Part shown: piece by piece, positions 59,940 to 64,000 of the stretch
Layout: every line of letters starts with the position of its first letter
Numbering within the stretch: position 1 is the stretch's first letter
IMG/VR virus record: IMGVR_UViG_3300023174_000001
Coordinates: 32,001-96,000 of that record
Source: a virus
Strand: one strand, 5' to 3'
DNA length: 64,000 bases
Translations under genes and position numbers: made by a program
Notes under the pieces: model-generated
Told to the model about the DNA's origin: nothing
Databases searched by the model: none
Seen by the model: the letters and a program-made list of their open reading frames with translations, nothing else

Positions 59940-62308
59940 ATGAAGACAATGTTTATTTCTATCCCTGTTGGGGCTCTACTTGTGATGCTAGCGTTTAGCA
60001 TCAAGGCTGGGCTAATCAATCTAACTGCCGTTCAGGTGGCTGGAATGCTAGGTGGTATTGCTCTCCTAATTGGTGGTGCTGTTGGCATCGTTGATGTTTG
60101 GCAGAACAGACCTGCTCAGTTCCGCCGTATGAGGAAAGGTCGTAGAGGCTAATGCGTATCAGACTTATATCAACTACCGACCCTTACACCGACCTAAAGG
60201 CTGGAGACGAGGGAGAAGTTATCTCTACTAAGCAGAGCAATTGGCTTGGCTTTATTGACTACAGACTAGAAGTTCAGTGGGACAATGGCTCAACTCTGGC
60301 TCTCTATGAATCTCAGGATAAGTGGGAAGTAATCTCAGAGTAGAGATGCTTGACAATGATACCGATTGACTGTATCCTTATAGCAACACAAACGACAGAA
60401 AGACCCTAATGACAACACCAGTAATTATTGACACCGAGATAGCAGAAGTTATGAAGGCTATCGACACAAAGCGTAGTCGCATCTATCTACTGAATGAGCG
60501 TATTGCTTACAACAAAAAGCACGCTTGGCTATCAAGAGATACAGAGACTAAAGAAATAGAGCGAGACAAACTCGATAAAGAGGTTGCCGAACTCGTAGAG
60601 AAACTTAGAACCTTAGAAAGTTTCTACACTGGCTGGTCTCGTGCGTTTTTAGTGCGGAATAGTAATGGACACATTCACAGGAGTCGTGAGTGCGGTACTT
60701 GCTTTGACACAACTCAGTATGTTTGGCTTACCGATATGTCTGGTCGTGATGAACTAGAGATTGCGTTCCTTGCTGGTGAAAAGGCTTGTACTGTTTGCTA
60801 CTCTCACGCCCCGTCTTCTTACTTTCTTCGTGAGAGCGGATTAGAAGACCCAGAAGTTACTGAGGCTCGTTTGGCTCGTCAGGCTCGTAAGGCAGAGATT
60901 GAGGCCAAGCGTCTGAAGACTGGCATCTGGAATCCAGATGGCACACCGCTAGTGGTGCTTGAATACGCATTTAGTAGATACAAGACTGAGGTCAAGGCAG
61001 AAAGAACTGCTCAGTCAATTGCGGTCAATATGCTAGTTGGTATTCAAAGTATGGGTCGCTCACCTGAAGAGATTGAGCGTAGCAAAGATGCTATTGAAAC
61101 TATCTTGATTGCCTTGGCTCACAAGCGAGGCACTTCAGTTGAGGAACAGCGTTCTCTAATTCAGACTAAAGCCGATGCTATGATAAAAAAGAACAAGCGT
61201 GATTATCCAGATGTGAATTGGTCTTCAAGATAAGCATCTAGGTTTGGGCTATAATTGGATTACTTACAGCAAAGGATTATGATGGCAGAAGAAAAAGCAT
61301 CTCCTACACCAAATAACTTCACTCAAATGAGTGCCGAAGATATGCACGCTCTCATCGAGAAAGAGGGCAAGAACTTTGTCACTCAGACTGAAGAGGGAGA
61401 TATACCGCTAAATGACTACCTAGCATCAGAGGGGTTTGACCTTACTCGGTTGATGAACCTATTCTTTGCTTTTGAGTACTTTGAGCGTAGCAACCCTAGT
61501 CAAAAGAATTACGATGGCAGATATGGCTTGTTGTATGAAATTGTATATACTGAACTGGGTAAGTTGCTTGGCAATGACCTATACGGACCTGAGTATGTAA
61601 TAGGTCTATAAACTAGACACAAACAAAGAAAGACAAAAAGACGATGATACACAGGCTACTAAAATCCATAAGCGGTATTGGTTTCAGACTTGGCCACTGG
61701 GCACAGTGGCAGTCAATGAAATTCCCTAGCAAGAAATACCGAAAGAGATACTTGACAAATGTCCTAGGCTATGCCTATGATTATCTTGTTGGAAAAATCC
61801 AACAACTAAAAGCCGAAAGGAAAAAGTAATGTCAGAAAAACTAATTGGGTTTACCGATGATGAAATCGCATTTGCTGTATCAGTACTAAAGTACACAGGA
61901 ACTAAACTTAAGGAACAGCACGATGCTAGCCACTCAGGTGTAGACCAGTTGCTAATCAACAGTTGGGCTATCTCGACAAGCGAACTGCTATCTAAGTTTG
62001 AGGTACTGCTACCAACACCAGAGCCTTCAATCGCCGATGAAGACATTCCAGAGCGACCAGAGGCATAATTTATGCTCTTAGATAGAAAAGCCCCCCTAGC
62101 AGTCGCTAAGGGGGTTTTTCTCTGCTATGATTGACATTTGTCAAGTCAATCGAGGTGAATTATGGAACTATTTATTGCTCTAGCAACAATTTTTATATTT
62201 GTTTGTCTAACTGGGCTATCTATACTCTTCATAGCATTTTGGTTAGTAAATTCTGTTCTCGGAAGTAAAGAATCTCGGATAGATTACGGATTAGACGAAG
62301 AAGATTAG
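59940..62308 (+). CDS. Hypothetical genes (59940-60152 membrane, 60152-60343 DUF4314-like, 60409-61233, 61255-61611, 61644-61829, 61829-62068, 62162-62308)
   Basis: Co-oriented ORFs; DPY...G..V.WDNGS.L motif in 60152-60343. Confidence 0.6.
62085..62120 (+). terminator. Intrinsic terminator (others at ~45852, 50774, 52028, 54259, 55446, 57065, 59807)
   Basis: GC stems followed by T tracts after gene groups. Confidence 0.7.
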
Positions 62309-62354
62309 TAAAGACCCCCTTGACTTATTTATCAACATTTGATAGCATAAGGAT

Positions 62355-63350
62355 ATGGAAACAATGACGAAAGGACAGAATATGTCTAAAAAACTAACTG
62401 TCGCATATAGCGACGACTACCTAAATTGGAAACTAGGTTCAGGTGATGGCAATCACCCTACAAAGCCTATCCGAGCAAAGATTGCTACCGACCATCTGGT
62501 TGAGGAACTTGGTGCGGACAATGTAGAAATCATTGAGCCTGAGTTCAGAGATGGAGACAGAGCCAAGATTGAATCTATCCACGACCCCGTTTATGTGTCT
62601 CAGGTAATTGATGATGGAATATCTTTTGACTGGACTGAACAGAGGCCAGAGATGGGGCACACCGCTGCTCAGATGTTCTCAGGTACAGTACGCCTAGTCG
62701 AGAAGATGCTGGCTGGTGAAACTCAGGTTGGTTTCAATCCTCAAGGTGCTAAGCATCACGCACAAGAGGGTTGGAGCGAAGGCTTCTGTGTATTCAATGA
62801 CCACGCTTGGGCTGCCAAAGAGTTCGTAAAGAATGGGCTCAAGGTTGTGTATATCGACTGGGATGTGAATGCTGGAGATGGTGTTCAGAATTTGCTTGCG
62901 GACACTGACATTCCAACTTTCAGTATCCACGGACACGGAATCTATCCAACTCACTCAGACACTTGGCTCAAAGAAGCAGGTACAAGTGATAACTATGTTT
63001 ACCAAAATGATGAGCAACACTGGTACAACTACTGCTTACAGCGAGACCAAGGCGACGAGGCTTTCAAGTGGGCTATTGATGAGATTGCCAAGAAGGTTGC
63101 CGAGTACAAGCCTGATGTCATTCTGCTAGCAACTGGAGCAGATGGGCACGAAGGCGAACACTGGGGCCTAAAGTACACATATGATGGCTACCACTATGCC
63201 GCTGGAGTGATTGCTGACCTAGCAAACAAGTATTCGGATGGTCGTGTACTCATTGGTGGTGCGGGTGGGTATCAACCATTCACACATACACCGAGAGTAT
63301 GGGCCAATGTGGTCAAAGATATCTATCAGCAGACTCAGAAATCTGAGTAG
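62355..63350 (+). CDS. Histone-deacetylase/AcuC-family Zn deacylase
   Basis: HP..P.R, GAKHHA, GFCVFND, IDWDVNAGDG, SIH, GADGH, GGGY-like GAGGY. Confidence 0.88.
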   Translation: METMTKGQNMSKKLTVAYSDDYLNWKLGSGDGNHPTKPIRAKIATDHLVEELGADNVEIIEPEFRDGDRAKIESIHDPVYVSQVIDDGISFDWTEQRPEMGHTAAQMFSGTVRLVEKMLAGETQVGFNPQGAKHHAQEGWSEGFCVFNDHAWAAKEFVKNGLKVVYIDWDVNAGDGVQNLLADTDIPTFSIHGHGIYPTHSDTWLKEAGTSDNYVYQNDEQHWYNYCLQRDQGDEAFKWAIDEIAKKVAEYKPDVILLATGADGHEGEHWGLKYTYDGYHYAAGVIADLANKYSDGRVLIGGAGGYQPFTHTPRVWANVVKDIYQQTQKSE

Positions 63351-63441
63351 ATGCTAGGATTGCGATGCGGGGAGATGTAAATCTCCTCCTGCATCGTGAT
63401 TTGCACGAAAAACAGGGGTGACCCAGGTCAAGGAGTAGTAA

Positions 63442-63782
63442 ATGTTTGAATTTTGGAGCATCGTAGTGCTCGTAGTAGGTCTTCCACTGATTGCATGGCT
63501 CGCTTGGGTCGTTGACCACAAGAATGACTTCTTCGATAACGAGGATGAAGATGAAATTAAGCCACTTTTGGGTGTAGTAGCACCTAAAACTAAAGAAAAA
63601 GAGGAAAAATAATGCCAAATTGGTGGATTATCGTAAGAGATATCGTTTGGGCTTCAGTTCTTGCTATTTTAGCCGTGATTTTGACTGTTTTGGTCGCTCT
63701 TTTTGCTCCAAGTAGCCTCGGACTCATCTGCGGACTTGGATTTTCAGCAATTGCGTTGTCAATTCTGGCTTTACGAGACTAA
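63442..63782 (+). CDS. Two small membrane proteins (63442-63612, 63612-63782)
   Basis: AAGGAG RBS, TAATG coupling, hydrophobic. Confidence 0.55.
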
Positions 63783-64000
63783 TTTAGCCTGGGTTGCCAT
63801 TTTTTCATTGTAAATGATAAGAAATGGCAATTCCACCAGTAGCAAACACTACTTGCGTAGTTTTGCATACCGATATAGCCTTTTATTAGGGACAATCGCC
63901 CACTTGGGGCCAAATAATAGAAAGAAAAATGACACAATGAGTAAAATCAAAAAAGCAAACCAGAGTTTGCCACCCAATATAAAGTGGATGCTGGAAGATT

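Overview
A 64-kb segment of a large, fairly AT-rich dsDNA phage, almost certainly infecting Actinobacteria. Host evidence: two WhiB genes, a ClgR-like regulator, DUF3039, NrdH, an MSMEG_6728-like glycosylase and many leaderless genes; a freshwater Microbacteriaceae-type host is an inference. The left part (1-40 kb) carries primase-helicase, a serine recombinase, tail-fibre genes, class II RNR, an RNA island, DNA-modification and glycosyltransferase genes, GroES and lysis genes. The RNA island holds tmRNA, tRNA-Gly and several unannotated structured RNAs. The right part (40-64 kb) is a co-oriented array of small, probably early genes separated by a repeated cis-regulatory grammar. The strongest candidate for an undescribed system is a phage-built stress-regulon circuit: 16 SigR/SigH-type promoters (GGAAT-N17/18-GTT), five preceded at a fixed 17-18 bp by a ClgR-type box (TGTTCGC-N5-GCRAACA), with a phage-encoded ClgR homologue inside the array. 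Other highlights are repeated CCATGC/GCATGG palindrome cassettes, strand-polarised CGG/CCG motif fields that flip across a purine-rich tract at 52.4-53.3 kb, a candidate origin at 34.7-35.0 kb and an anti-Shine-Dalgarno sRNA candidate. All family assignments are by eye from motifs; no searches were run, and counts are manual.
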